Part shown: positions 13,051-26,800 of the stretch, in pieces
Numbering within the stretch: position 1 is the stretch's first letter
How the letters are laid out: every line of letters starts with the position of its first letter
Origin: Mizuhopecten yessoensis
Taxonomy: Eukaryota
DNA length: 64,000 nt
Assembly: GCF_002113885.1 (NCBI RefSeq)
Contig: NW_018480039.1
Coordinates: 344,531 to 408,530, forward strand
Direction of reading: 5' to 3'
Position numbers and translations under genes: made by a program
Notes under the pieces: generated by a model
What the model saw: only the letters and a program-made list of their open reading frames with translations
Told to the model about the DNA's origin: nothing
The model's database searches: none

Positions 13051-14627
13051 TGAAATACAACGATTTGTCCATATACTTGTGGTTAATGTTTGTTTTTACA
13101 ATTTCGACAAAGGTTTATTGTTTGTCTCCGATGAACGAAATTAGGTCAAGGGAAATAAGTCGATAGCACCAACTGTTGATACACTGTACTCAAAGTAAAC
13201 TGTGTCAGCGTCACATCCATGGTACTGTATACGAGTAAGCAGGTTATTTAACTGATTTCAGCTTATTTGTTTTTGAAATCAATAGGAAATAAAGTACGGT
13301 CATTTCCTGTATATCTTGACTCTTTAGGGACACAAACTCCAATATTGTAAAAACGTTCAATGAATACTACTGTTCACATATGCTTTGTGGTTCCCCTCAA
13401 CGTCTGATGATTCACCATGGTTACGTGTTTAAAAACGCGTCCTTAGCTTGAATCTTTGCAACTGTATTCCACAGTGTGACATCAAAAAGGTTTGAGTAAT
13501 TTGAACATTAAAAGATAATCAAAGTACCTTTTTTTTCTTTCTTTTTTACATAAACAGCAACGACACTGGCAACGAAGTTTTCTATAGCTGATATAGCTGG
13601 ATATAATTTTAATTGTGGTTTCAAAAGTTGCGGCATTTTAATACAATTTAGTATATAACGTTTAAGCAAACTAAAAAAAAACAACAAACAAACAAAAAAA
13701 AACAAAAAAACAAAAAAAAAAACGCCACATCAAGTAGTGCAAAAATCTTTGAGACATGCACCTTGAACAATGCGACGTGATTTGGAATCAATACAACGGC
13801 AACTTTTTTCTCTCTTGAAACGCACATCTGAAATAGAAATCAATATTAATCAAAAACCAAGATCAAAAGATTAATGAACGTCTTCATGCATTCCAGTGCT
13901 ACAGTAGGTGATCGTATCAATAGTTGTTAAGTTTGATAGTATGTTGAGTATTTCTCTCAGACTGACGAGGACATGTTTCAGTAAATGTTACAAATCATTG
14001 GAAAGCTGTTATGCTTTTATTTGACTTGCTTCGTAATGCGTGATTATAATGAGACCATGCTATCTTGCTTTTGTTTGTGTGTTTATTTAAGCTTTCCAGT
14101 GTTCGCACATGCATGCCATGAGCGTTAAAGATGACGTCATAGATTTCTACAGCTGATTTCAGGCGTTGGAAATAAAAATCACCGTCAATTTCCGTTATCT
14201 TTCGATCACAGACTGACGCGTGATTTTATGAAAAAAAATCTGTTCCAGCGCGGAGATGGTGTGGCCTTGCACCATGACGTCATAATATCAACACATGGCG
14301 TTACTTACGTAAATCGCCGGAATCTTATGGTGAAGTGCATCGTTTGCAACATATTCTTTGCCAGCACGACAAAGGCGGCATAGGCACGCATGCCAATTGT
14401 TTTATAGAAGACCATTGATCACAACAGGATGACAGAACTTAAAAATGGTCACTCAATACCTTACTACAACAGTATGTGGTATGCAAAACGATACTAAAGA
14501 GAAAAGAAAAAGAAAACGAGTCTAGAAAATCTAGCAATTTTATTTGAAATTCACTTATGGTAAAATTCATGAATTTAGTAAGATGTGTTACAGTCACCTA
14601 CCTTTACAATGTTATTTGGGTCAGGGG

Positions 14628-14890
14628 TTTGGTCAATTGTAGGTGTTGAATTAATGACATACTGATTTATTGGCAGTGAAAACTGACCCTTCAACAGAAA
14701 CTATCTGCTGTGAAGAAACAAATGTCCGAAAGAATACCATGTTTACAAGTTTAGGAATGTGAGTGGTCTTTCTCAAACTGACAATGTTGTGATGCTCATC
14801 TTTGTTTCAGTGCAACTTGTGTAGCCGCAAACAAAAAACGACAAGAACGACCAGACTGAATATTATAATTTATTGACAAATATTAAAACT
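14628..14890 (+). pseudogene. Putative decayed Myb/SANT-like gene of a PIF/Harbinger transposon
   Basis: Frameshifted reading WSIVGVELM...VKKQMSERI...FSN*QC...CVAANKK...(W)EYYNLLTNI follows the Myb/SANT-like pattern W..E...L / KK.LW..I / QC / NNKSG....W.YY..LD.I. It lies convergent to the transposase remnant. Confidence 0.4.
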
Positions 14891-15639
14891 GTGAGGACAA
14901 TGCCAGTAAATACAGCAACACCAGGAGAAGAGAAAAACCCGAATATGAAGCAAGTGTGAACAGAGATAATGACATAGACCATCCAAGTTCTAGTGCTCAA
15001 AAACCCGACAAAAGTCGATCGAGAACTATGTCGGTTGTCTCACAGGACCAGACGAAAACGCAGGAAGCAGATGTTGTGAGGAGAGAGATGATGCACGTTG
15101 ATCGCATTTCGGTCCTAAACAGCAATTGAAAAACCTCATCGAAAAACCTGGAATACTTCACTAGTTAGTCTCTGGCGGTAACCCGGACCACATAACCATC
15201 ATTGACATTAAAAACTGTTTACTAAATTATTGCTTGTTGATGCTTGATTATCTGATATCATCATACTACATGAATTAAACTACCATCTTGCATTTTTATG
15301 CACAGAAGAGAGCATGTGTTATTCTGGGCTTGGTCGTCAATGATAATTCACTTTTGTTGTGTGTGTACTGGAAACCGTTATCTTATTTACTTGACTACAT
15401 GTTGATATAACCGTTACTCAACATACCAAACATATACATCAATTAGCAATATACATAAGCGTATTCCGATTAATCCAGTGTACTTGTTGTCACGAACTAT
15501 TGCAGTTCTCTCTTTTTCTGTATTTAACTTAATGCCATTCTCGGGATGAGACCTGTTTCACGTTTTGTTACTACTGAGTTATTAAAGCATTCTTTCTGGT
15601 ATCGATACCTTATTTTACATTCCTTCTGTTCGTTCGTTT

Positions 15640-15808
15640 TTTTAGACTGGGTTTCGATCCCCAGACAAGCGTGCAAGACGAGATCTAGGTCACCTTCCCG
15701 ACCACTTTGTTTCTTCCCCAGTTACCTTAGTTTCTTCCAACATTAAGACTCCCCCGTGCGTTCATATCTAGCCAAGAGTGATTAATATAATTTAATATAG
15801 TTACTTTT
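15640..15808 (+). mobile_element. Degenerate SINE (family B, related to 52032-52269)
   Basis: B-box-like gtttcgatccc, then ggtcaccttcccg, taagac and tgattaatataa, in the same order as in the reverse complement of 52032-52269. Confidence 0.7.
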
Positions 15809-16059
15809 CACTATGACCTTTTAGCTTTTCATGGCATCCCACGCTGTCATGGGACTTAGCTGATCTTTCAATGTGGTATTTAAATGAGATGACCTGGGAA
15901 TGTTTCGTAGCATAAGAATAAAACAACGTTTTTATGCAAATAGAAGTAAATCAGGATTCTGCATAGTTGTGTTTCTTTTCAATACATTCGCTACAGCTTT
16001 TGTCTGGGGAAATGTTTGCATTGCCTGGAACAGTATCCCCCATTTTCCTCTTGCTCGAC

Positions 16060-16440
16060 GAACTCTTCAATCCCGTCGTTTGCCAATATGAACATTGTGA
16101 TGAATGCTGCATGTCATGATGACATCAACAATAGCCATCAGTTTTACAGCTGTTAATCTGTTTGATGAACCTGGATTTCTGTAGAACAAACATTCTCTGA
16201 ATGACTTCTTTTTTGCAACAATGATAGTAAATTTATTATTTGCTGAGAGAGATGTCCACTGATTTGGAAAACCGGTCAGCAACTACTTCCTGAAAGAGTT
16301 TTATTCCCCACCCACAACATTTTGCGAACAATGTGACATTTTAGATCACTAGCCGAGAGACGTGAGTTTGTACTCACTCATCCATAGTTGCAGCTCTCTC
16401 AATAACGAGAGTATTCAGGCGTCTATGAGAAACATATTCT
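16060..16440 (-). pseudogene. PIF/Harbinger (HARBI1-like) DDE transposase, C-terminal remnant
   Basis: Joined minus-strand frames give FRK*LLTGF..SGHLSQQIIN / YYHCCKKEVIQRMFVLQKSRF / IVDVIMTCSIHHNVHI. This is colinear with the consensus WLLTPF...HL....FN..HS..R.VIERAFGLLK.RF...I.ACC.LHN.CI. Confidence 0.65.
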
Positions 16441-16536
16441 GTTGAAAAACTAGTTCAACTTGTTTTCTAACTTTGGAAGTTCCTGACGGGTTTTATTTAT
16501 TGAGTTAATTGGGATAACATTTAGGGCAAAAGTTTC

Positions 16537-17265
16537 CGTTGTTTTCTTTTCCTTTTATTCTGATGTCTACTCAGTTCCTGGTGTTGTCTTTTTTAATGTT
16601 TTGATGTATGCTCAGTTCCTGTTGTTGTCATTTCCTAACGTTTTAATGTCTACTCTGTTCCTGTTGTTGTCTTCTGTATGTATGCTCAGTTCTTGTTGTT
16701 GTCTTTTGTATGTCTGCTCAGTTCCTGTTGTTGTCATTTCCTAACGTTTTAATGTCTACTCAGTTCCTGTTGTTGTCTTCTGTATGTCTGCTCAGTTCCT
16801 GTTGTTGTCTTTTTTAACGTTTTGATGTCTGCTCAGTTCCTGTTGTTGTCTTTTGATGTCTACTCAGTTCCTGTTGTTGTCTTCTGTATGTCTGCTCAGT
16901 TCCTGTTGTTGTCATTTCCTAACGTTTTAATGTCTACTCTGTTCCTGTTGTTGTCTTCTGTATGTCTGCTCATTTCCTGTTGTTGTCTTTTGATGTCTAC
17001 TCAGTTCCTGTTGTTGTCTTTTCCTTTTGTTCTGATGTCTATTCAGTTCCTACTGCTGTCTTCTCCTAACGTTTTGATGTCTGCTCAGTTCCTGTTGTTG
17101 TCTTTCCCGTTTGTTTTGATGTCTTCTCATTTATTGTTATCTCTCCCTTAATGTTCTAATGTCTCCCCATTTTCTGTTGTTGTATTCCCTTAAATTTAGT
17201 GTCTCATGAGTTCTTATTGTTGTCTTCCATTTTAGTTTGGTGCCTGCTCAGGTTCTGTTGTTTTC
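16537..17265. repeat. Minisatellite with 42-bp unit and 32-33-bp deletion variants
   Basis: Unit approximately atgtctgctcagttcctgttgttgtcttttcctaacgtttt(g/a), decaying at both ends. Explains the repetitive ORF at 16822. Confidence 0.93.
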
Positions 17266-17686
17266 TCGCACCTCTGACAGGGATATCCCACAGCATACCC
17301 GATTTTAGATTGTTCTTTCTCGTCCGATCTGTCTGGTACCTGTACGTGACATTTCGCGGAATTTTTACACTGCAATATATTCATCCGCACGTTAACGGCT
17401 TGTAATTATCAATCTGTAATACACATACTCTGTTTTGTCGTTATATGTATTGTTTTAATGTTGTTAGATATCTGATGTTGTCGATAAATCATAATCTGCA
17501 CTGTGAAATGTGTTGCCTTCTTTGTAAAGACAAACTACAATTTTACACAGAAGCATTCACCTGTATAGCTTCAGCAGTATAGAGACCTTTTTTATTTGAG
17601 GCCCCTGACGGTTTAATGTGTGTTTTTAGCCATATTATGTAAACAAAAAATCGAACTTAAAGGTGCGAGATAAAAAACAACAACAC

Positions 17687-17805
17687 TGTAACTGAGCAGG
17701 AATAGGTTATCTCAGTCTCGTGCCAAGATTCTGTAATATCCCAACCTAAATTATTTTACGTAATCTTAGCCATCGTCTGAGATAACCCGATCTCGATCAG
17801 TTACA
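17687..17805. repeat. Imperfect 119-bp foldback
   Basis: tgtaactga...ggttatctcag...aagatt pairs with aatctt...ctgagataacc...tcagttaca. Confidence 0.75.
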
Positions 17806-20800
17806 AGTAATGGATTTTATTAGTCTTTCCTTAAGTCTTCGAGTATCCTCAGTTGTTGTCTTTTTTCATTAAGGTTAACCTCCGATGTGCTTTGTTGTAC
17901 ATTTTTTTCTAGTTTACACTGGAAAAGCAGTGCAAACCCGTTCTTGAGTATTGTTATATGTTTTTGATAAACATGAATCACAATCTTAGGTTATAGACAA
18001 GGTTTATTTATAGCGGTAAGCTAATCCTCATAACATTGAACATGTAGCATATGGGATTTTCTGAACTTTTCAATCAATAATTTACCCGTGAAAAATATTG
18101 CGTATTACATGTAAGTGTGTATGGGACTTTATTGTCCATAGAAACCATGTCAAAGGTCGAAAATACCTTCGAAAATAGCAAATTAACTACATTCAAATAT
18201 TAAAATGCTGTCACATTGCAGAAAATACCATGAAAATTGTGAGGAAGCCTTCATCGTGTTCGTTTTCCTAGCAACGTTCATGTTACGTATGATTTCCATC
18301 TGTAAACAGTAGATATCTTATATTAACCTGTTGACTTCCCATCGTTTTGTAAATGATAACAACACAGTGATCGATATTTGATTGATTTATTTCATGGCAA
18401 TGTCATGAGAACCTAAACATTTATGTTGACGAAAATGGCGGGTTGTTTTAATGTGGTTTAATATTTAATGTGTAAAGTTATTCCAATGGGAATTCACTGT
18501 GTAATTGTTTGGGTATACATAGTGGATGGTGAATGGAATTCCTTGAATCACACGCTCCATTCCGTGTCTAATTCCCGCAGGTGTGCGGGCTGATGCTGTT
18601 GTTCCCGAAGTCCTGTGCATATTTGAAGAGCTAATAGACACGAGAAAAGAGTGGGAGAAACCAGGTGTTGGGATCCAAACCAAACAATCGTCATGTCAAT
18701 TTGACTGTACGCCTTCATTACATTTACGTGAATACGATGTTTTAGTATTTTCCGTATATTAATCGATAGATAATTTTCTAATAGTATTTCTTTTATAAAA
18801 AGGATATTAAATTTATTATTTGCATTCGTACAAGATTATTTATACTGACCTGGTAATCATTGATGTGTTGGATTTTATTTTTGTCACCGTTTTCTATGGT
18901 TTTGTATTAATAGTTCATATTTTAATTGTAAACATTGTTTATCTATGTTTCAGTTGCATTAGTTGTTACAAATATATAGAAGTAATTTCATGTTTATAAA
19001 CCGATGTAAAGGCAGATTTTTACTATCTTTATATGATATTTTTACGTTTTAAAGCTGACAATGCAAGTAAAGTAAAGATAATACTATACAAACAGTGTAC
19101 AGTAATAATTCTCGTCGAGACGTTCCTTTTTGTAATACGAAGAACTACGTCTTCAGACATGTTTTTTTCCTGTGATCAAATCTGACTATTCCTATAGAAC
19201 GCGCCTCAGACCTGTCTGCTGTTCATTATGGACTGACCACTTACAGATCTGGGGTGATTTACATAGCATATACGTTGAGACGTTTGAATGCATACAAGGA
19301 CAGCCTATTATTTAAATTTTGTTTACCGTACGTTCAAAGATCCTTTACTCAATCAAACCAAATTCCAAGGTTCAATATTCCTACGCGTAGATAATGAATC
19401 AATATCAAAGTCAAATAAACCAGTATCTTCCCGTCACATCGGCAAACACTGCTCACACCAGCCCTACAGAACTGTCATATTGACGAACTTTGATACAAAG
19501 ATCGCACTACATAAAAATAATCTAGAATGTTTAAAAATATGTATTCTTTTTTTAAATTTACTATATCATTGATGCAAGCGGGATATTCTACTACAGATGA
19601 GACACAGCTGCTAATACTTTCTGACACCTAATCAATCTCATGTTCAGAAACAACCCGTCCTATACATCAAGTAGTCCTGTTGATGCTTCCTCCAATGGTA
19701 TTCCGATAGTTGGCCTTAAAATGATTTGATCTACATCCTAAGCATTGACCGTTTTTGTCTCTCTCATATAATAATAGCTCCAATACTGAGATCGACTTAG
19801 AAGTGGCTTGCGGTCCACGATCTTGAATACTAGTGGTCTCGATTCTGACATAATATCCGGTGCTTATATATATATATCAGCTAAAACCTTGTCGATGTAA
19901 TGAATGATCATGCGCTAATGTAGTCTATCCCGATGATGACACACTGTATAGATATATCAAGCCAACATCTTTGTTTCAATAGCAGTCTCGATGCTGTTGA
20001 TGCTGGCTCGGTGACTTCCTACGTTTGTGTAGGACGACAAAAGGTTACTATGTCAACACTGAGAATAAGATGGCTGTCGTTCCGTATTAGTATTTGCTTG
20101 TTTGACCAATTAGATAACGACGAATGAGTATTAACGTTATTACACTGGACATATACTGATGTCCATTGGTACTATTGGGTCTGTTTAGGTGATTACCTAG
20201 GTGTTTGGGAGACATGAACACACATACCATGATATTTAATTAACATATACCCTTCTCCAAATAAGGAAGTTATTTGGACAAGACATTACAAAATTCGGTC
20301 TTGCGATTGGTCTTCTTGTTTACTGAATGCGCTTCTAGGTCACTTAACACATCAAAAATAAGTACGCTGTTGTAATTGTTACCTAAGCGTGTTACAGTAA
20401 TATAATCAATAACAGAGACTTAAGCCATGTTGTCTGTACCTAACGAAACGATCATATCAGTCGGATGTGTGGAGTGCAAACTCTAACCAAGGAGAAATCT
20501 GTATTAACACACACTTCAATTTAAAACATATTTGGTCTTGAATGTAAGTAGTTTTACTCACATTAGCTCGCAACAAAGATAAATAGATATGTAACAAAAA
20601 GCAAGAAGTCCAAGAAATCAGGCAATATTCTAAACGAATTGTTAAAAACCAAATGAAATACAAACCCGGATGTTTTTTAATAAAGTGTTAAAAAACATTC
20701 AGTATGTGAATCTGCAGAATTTCTATTTAAATTAAATGTAAATTGTGTGATATAATAATATACATTATCGTTTATGAAAGCTGTGAAACAATGATCAACA

Positions 20801-23800
20801 GCAATACTTAGAAGTGGATTGTTATGCCAGGCTGAGAATGGGATATTGTTGTGCAGACAGACTACCATGTTTGGCGAGCCATGTGTTTTAGGTTTGATAA
20901 TTACTCCTCATTCGCCTAATGGTGTACATATGGTATAGTGCTTACACGCGTGACTGGCCTCAATTTATCGCATTCCCAAGAGTCTAAAAACGGAGCGATA
21001 TGTACGGCAGTGACGTAAGAGCCTGGCCACGTCATTGATCGCTTGTCTAGTGTTATATAACTTGACGCGGAACAATGCAGTCACTGTCATGGAGAAAACG
21101 CAGGGAATAAAGATGATGTAAAATATATTGATTCATGGGGCAACTCCATCCCAGCCATTGTATATACATGTATGTACACACATGTTGGTTTCAGATGGAT
21201 AATTCTATTTCAAAACAAATGTCCGTTTGTCTAGTGTTGTCATTCACTTGCTACTGATTTAGACTTCCTGGTCACTCCGACATTTTTTCCACATCAGTTC
21301 CTGTTACCGTAAAACCTTGTCACATTGAAAACCTGTCAATATCAATGTTCTGGTAAGCGCGGGATACATCGTTTACATCCATTTCTGACCAATCAGGCAA
21401 TTGTTCACGTCCATTCCTGGTCAACGCGAAAGCCAATCCAAACCAATTCCAATTTGCACCGACATGTCATCCACCACATAAATTCTAATATTTTCGATAT
21501 CAATTTGTATTTACAGTGAAACTCGTATGCACATACATGTAAACAATTTAAATCAGACACCATTTGAGGTATAAAAGGCCCTTTCCTGGAATCACGTAAA
21601 TTATTGATATCCGGGAATAACATAGCTCATATTCAAAGAGGAATCTAACAAAAAGGTATATCAACCAGTTCTACTGTCTAAAGACTCAGTTTTGCCGTCC
21701 TGGTTTGACTGATAACAAAGAAGAACTGGCCAATACATGTTTCAAGAAGCGAGGACTTCCCTCTGTCATCAATACCTACCCGCTTGTCTCGGTAGCCCGG
21801 CCATTTTCTATTGGAATCCAATATCATAAGTCAATGGTTCAGTTGTTTTAATGTTCTTTATTGCAAAGAAACCTGCATAGTGGCGATCGTGCATTGTAAG
21901 TACATAACAACGTGTAAATAACAAAGACTTATGTACAGTAAGTACAAAATATCTGGAAGGTTTCAACAAGAAAGAACACATTTATTTATATAATCGTTTC
22001 TTTAATTAATTAATTTATTAATTAATAACTAACAATCATACTACACTAACGTTTAAAAGATAAAAAAAATCCACCGTCAAAATACAGAGGAATGAAAAAG
22101 TAAAACAAATATCGCTCAGTGCCTGATTCATTCCAATTCAAAACTTGAAAAAACCTAAATGATGGTTGCAAAAAAAGATGCATTCAATAGATGGATTATT
22201 TAAAATGGTCCGGACAATTATTCAAATTTTGACTCTTTTCAAATGTATTATGTTTCCAAACAAAAACAAATGAAGTTGAAATTAATGCTTGAAGTACTTA
22301 TTCGATATCCTAAATACTTGAGGATGATGCTTCATTCAATTTTTCACTGGAATGTATCACTTTGTAAAAACGAGATGTATTGCCATTGCAAAGACAGAAA
22401 CTTTCTTATGAGAAAAATACTATTTCATTTGCAAATACGTGTAAAATAATGCTAATGAAGATATGTCAAACGACACTCTTCAGCTACATTGATTTACTAA
22501 ACTATCGCCAAATTGGTGACGTCAAATTGACGTATACAGGTTTCTTGAGCTAATCATTTCAAAACGATACATTACTTGCACGAGCTCGTGTTGAATAATT
22601 GAAAGGTCAAGAATAAAAAAGTATATTAAATGTATGAGATAATTCATTAACACCATTATACAATAATGTGTTTTTAACAATGGAAAAAAGCATCATGATC
22701 TTAATTTTGCATTTGGAACAGACAAATAAGATATTGTCAAATGCCAAATTAAAACCATGGCAAACTATATGTCTAAAAGGAAAATGTATGGTAGTTGTAC
22801 TGTCTAGATTTCTCATTTAAGAGACACATACAAATTAAAAGTAGAAACATAACATTCTGTACAAAATTGTATGATGATAGAGACAGGACAAAAGTGTTCA
22901 ATATACTTTGGACCATGCTCAATAAACCTCAAATGATGAAATCACCAAAAAACCTGAAACGGCCATACAAACAAACTGTCGATAGTAGGCTTATCATGTA
23001 TAAACGTTCAGTATAACAGATTCCATTTTAAGAATAGTAGTCATCGAATATCATTGAGCAAATGCAAAAAACCATGTAACAAACACGCTTGAATGAAAGT
23101 CGTCAGTCTATCACCTGATTGTCTATAGAAAGAAAGATTCAATCAATAATCACATTGTGTGCGATACATACTTTGTATCAAACAGGAAGTCAATGTATTA
23201 GGCGAATTGCATGTATATAATGTTTTATATATGGCCTTTTAAAAACTTCTATACCAATTGAAATAGAAATACAACAATATACATTGCAAAGAAACCTTCA
23301 AGTTTAACAAGTAAAGAAAATGTGGGGTTGTGTTATATATAGCTAACAAACGACTTATAACAAGTACCTTTAGAATATCCACAAGGTAAAAAATTTCTCT
23401 GTGTAACACACATGTGTATGGCTAAGTTTAGATACCACTGATAAGCTTTATTGACATGTTTCTAAGTCTGATTTGGCGTTCCGATCTATATCAAATTGAA
23501 ATTGATATTTCAATTATTTTTTAAAGATAGTTTAGTTCATGGATTTTGTGAATATAAATAACAACAAATCCTTTCTGCTCCAATGGGACTTATACTAAAA
23601 TGTCAATAATACCATAGCAAATTACCAACGACACGTCACTGTGACGTCATTTCCGGTATTAACATTTAAACGTTTAATATTGCATAGTAATGAAAAACTA
23701 CTTTCAGTCCTGCTTCAGAGCAATACTGGGGCAATAAAATAAAAAGATCATTAACATATAGTATACTTTGAAGCACAAAAAAATGAACATCAATAAATAA

Positions 23801-26800
23801 GGTTGTTCTCAAACAGAATATGATTATGTCGTTGCTGTTAGACTACATTCGTTCACCTTTTTACCGTCTGAATCGTATTTGTACCTTCACTCACCACCAT
23901 TTCTTCGCAAGCAGTCTATACACAAACATACAACACACATGTTCAGTAGACAAACTCTATTTTCTGGTAATATAAATGGAATGTGCAAATGCATACTTCC
24001 GTTTGTTTTGTACAGACAGTAATGTGAGTGTATATTTATTTCAGGAATGAAAAAGAAAACGGAATTAGATAGCTTTCGTATAGGAAAATGAATACAATAG
24101 ATAACGAGTACTTTGTGAAATGCATGCCCTTGTTGACACGAATAAACAAACATCAATATTTGCGGAGAAACAAAGTCCTCCCTAACCCTAACAATGAGAC
24201 GTAGCCTGAATGTATATAACTGGACACAGCTACCATAACAATTTTTAAGTGTATTATTTAAACGCTTTGTCATATATTGATCTATCAAGTGGCAATAATA
24301 TTTCCTTTTCAATACAAAGTCATTCTTGTTTGAATGAAATACAGCAAATTAATAAAGCAAACAGTAGTGATATAAACGACAAGGAAAATCAGCTTTTCTA
24401 ATTATTGCCGACTAATAGTTTTTCGTCACTCGTGGGAATAGACCAGCCAGTCATGTTATGTCCATGTGATGCCCTACGTGCTCGAGTTACACTGCCGTCC
24501 TTGTCAATACACGGCCAGGCCATCTCTTCCTACATACAATACCCTGGCCAAGTATTCCCCAACAGACCAGGAGATAAATTACTGGTCTACGGACATCAAT
24601 CAGTACCTAGACCAGATATATTGATAAACTGTCCCCGTTCTAATAGCAGGCCTTCTTGGGTTTAAGTCTCTAGTGTCCAAAAAGTATACATCTATAAAAT
24701 AGACCTAATTATTGTTTACACCTTTCACAAACATTGGCCACAGTAAAAACGACCAGGGGTTAAAATGAGTTTATTTTGTATGCTACTGCATATATAGCAG
24801 TTATGCCAGACACTCAATACAAACTCATTACAAAAGATCGTTTCTGTCAAGTTGAGTGTTTTAACACAAATGTCTTTTATTTTACATCTAAATGCATTTT
24901 TCCTTTTTTAGGAATTGAAACAAATTTTAACATTTTTTTTCCACAGGTATGTTCCTAGCGAGACACTGTTTGTGGTTCAAGACCTCCAGAAGTATATCCC
25001 GTAAGCATACATAAAAGAACTTCTGACGCGTAAAGGCCAGAGTCACGTCATGCAGTGATGTAATAGCTTGTTTTGAATATTTCTAATTATTATTTATTAG
25101 AGGAAAAAACATAGAATAGAATAATTCCAAAGACTTGATAAATTACAAAATTGTAAAATGGTATTGTGATGATTTTTCATAAATTGTACAATAAGCAATG
25201 ACTTTCTCTGTAAAAACGTTTCTTAATCAGTTGATGAACGAAACATCAAAGTAAAGCAAGCAACTGCGTCAGAACAAGGCGGTCATTGGCCTCTTTGATA
25301 CCCATTTATAGTGTGGCATCCCACTGCTCACAACATCCGCTTTACATGATATATTATTCTTAGGCGAAAAACAAAGTGGTTGCTAGCTGGTTGTTCAGAA
25401 GTTTACTTCCATGTAATGTAACGAAAACCTAACGATAGATACTCGATATCCTTATATGGACTACAGTAAATCTTTTGCGTTCAACTGGCAGCAGTATACG
25501 TCACAGTAACAGTCAATAAAGACCATGATATATCCGAACCAGCAAGTTAATGCACACACCAGACCCCGTTTCTACCCTTTAAACAGAAATTCATTTTCGT
25601 TACTGATGTCGTATAACTTCATGTTGATTATAAAGCCGAACTGTCGACAGTGCGTGCTTATGATAATAATTACTGAGCGGAGTGGGAATATAATGACACC
25701 CCGGCCGTGTGTTTGATCGAGTGTTGTCACCATGTGCAGCAACCCATTCATTTAAATGGGATCAGGTTCGAGGTTTATTACATGTTGGAGAAAGAATTAG
25801 ACACATTTTCTAAGAAATGCTGCTAAAACGATATCACTGAAATTTATGTATAACATCTTTCATACAATATTTATCTTGCCTTCTAATAAGGTATGCACTG
25901 CTACCGTTCTTTGAAGTTGGATTCAACTGCATGTTATTTAATTTAAATGTCGTTAGCTGGAATAGAATCGAAAGGAAAGTGTTCTCTTAAAAACTGTAAA
26001 AACTCTTTCTTTGATTTAGTTGTTTGGGACCTTATGTTAAATGTATTGAACTGCTTTGTCGGTATAACATGCATTTCTACTGTAATGTTATCGGAACAAC
26101 TTTGGATGAATGTGGCTTTACTTTAATGACATCTAAAAAGTTGCTAAGACATTCAATTAGAATTCTTACTAGGATCACTTTAGTTTTCTTGTGTGAATCA
26201 TTTGGTTTGTCAAGAAGCATGTTAAGTACATCAAAACATTTCATCATATTGTCGTTAATTCGAAGCTGTCTCTTTTACATATTAGGGAGTTCGGATTGTA
26301 TTGCAGTGAAACAGACACACGTAAAATGTTTGTTTGGAATACTGAATATATTCATCAGTTTACTCAAATACAATCTGAGTTTATCGTTAGGTGATTTATA
26401 CTGAGTACATGATTATATACTGAAATGTAATATAATTTCCCATTTCGACTTGCAGTAAGCTTAAGTTACACTATCAGATAATCATAATCTATACCATACA
26501 AAATCTATTTTAGCAAATTAGCAAAACATGCTCGAGTGTCCGGTCACGCTTGACCGGTCATTAACCCCAGATATATGTATAGAAAAGGTAAATGATAAAC
26601 GCTTTAATCTACGAAAATTACATCTCTGAATGTCATACTGTATATGATTATAAAGTATATCAGCTTATCTTTTATTGTTTATTAATGTCATTTATATGGT
26701 TGTATAAGTACGTCTATGGTTGTTGTTTGTCTCTTTTGTAAACGTATGTAATAGGATGTGTTTTTACCCGTTCTTGTAAATCTTACCCATATTCTATACA

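Noticed and set aside
16822-17151. Hydrophobic repeat protein
   Set aside because: Translation of the 42-bp minisatellite.
21380-21520. LTR-retrotransposon protease fragment (YVVDDMSVQIGIGLDWL)
   Set aside because: No D[ST]G catalytic motif or neighbouring gag/pol similarity.
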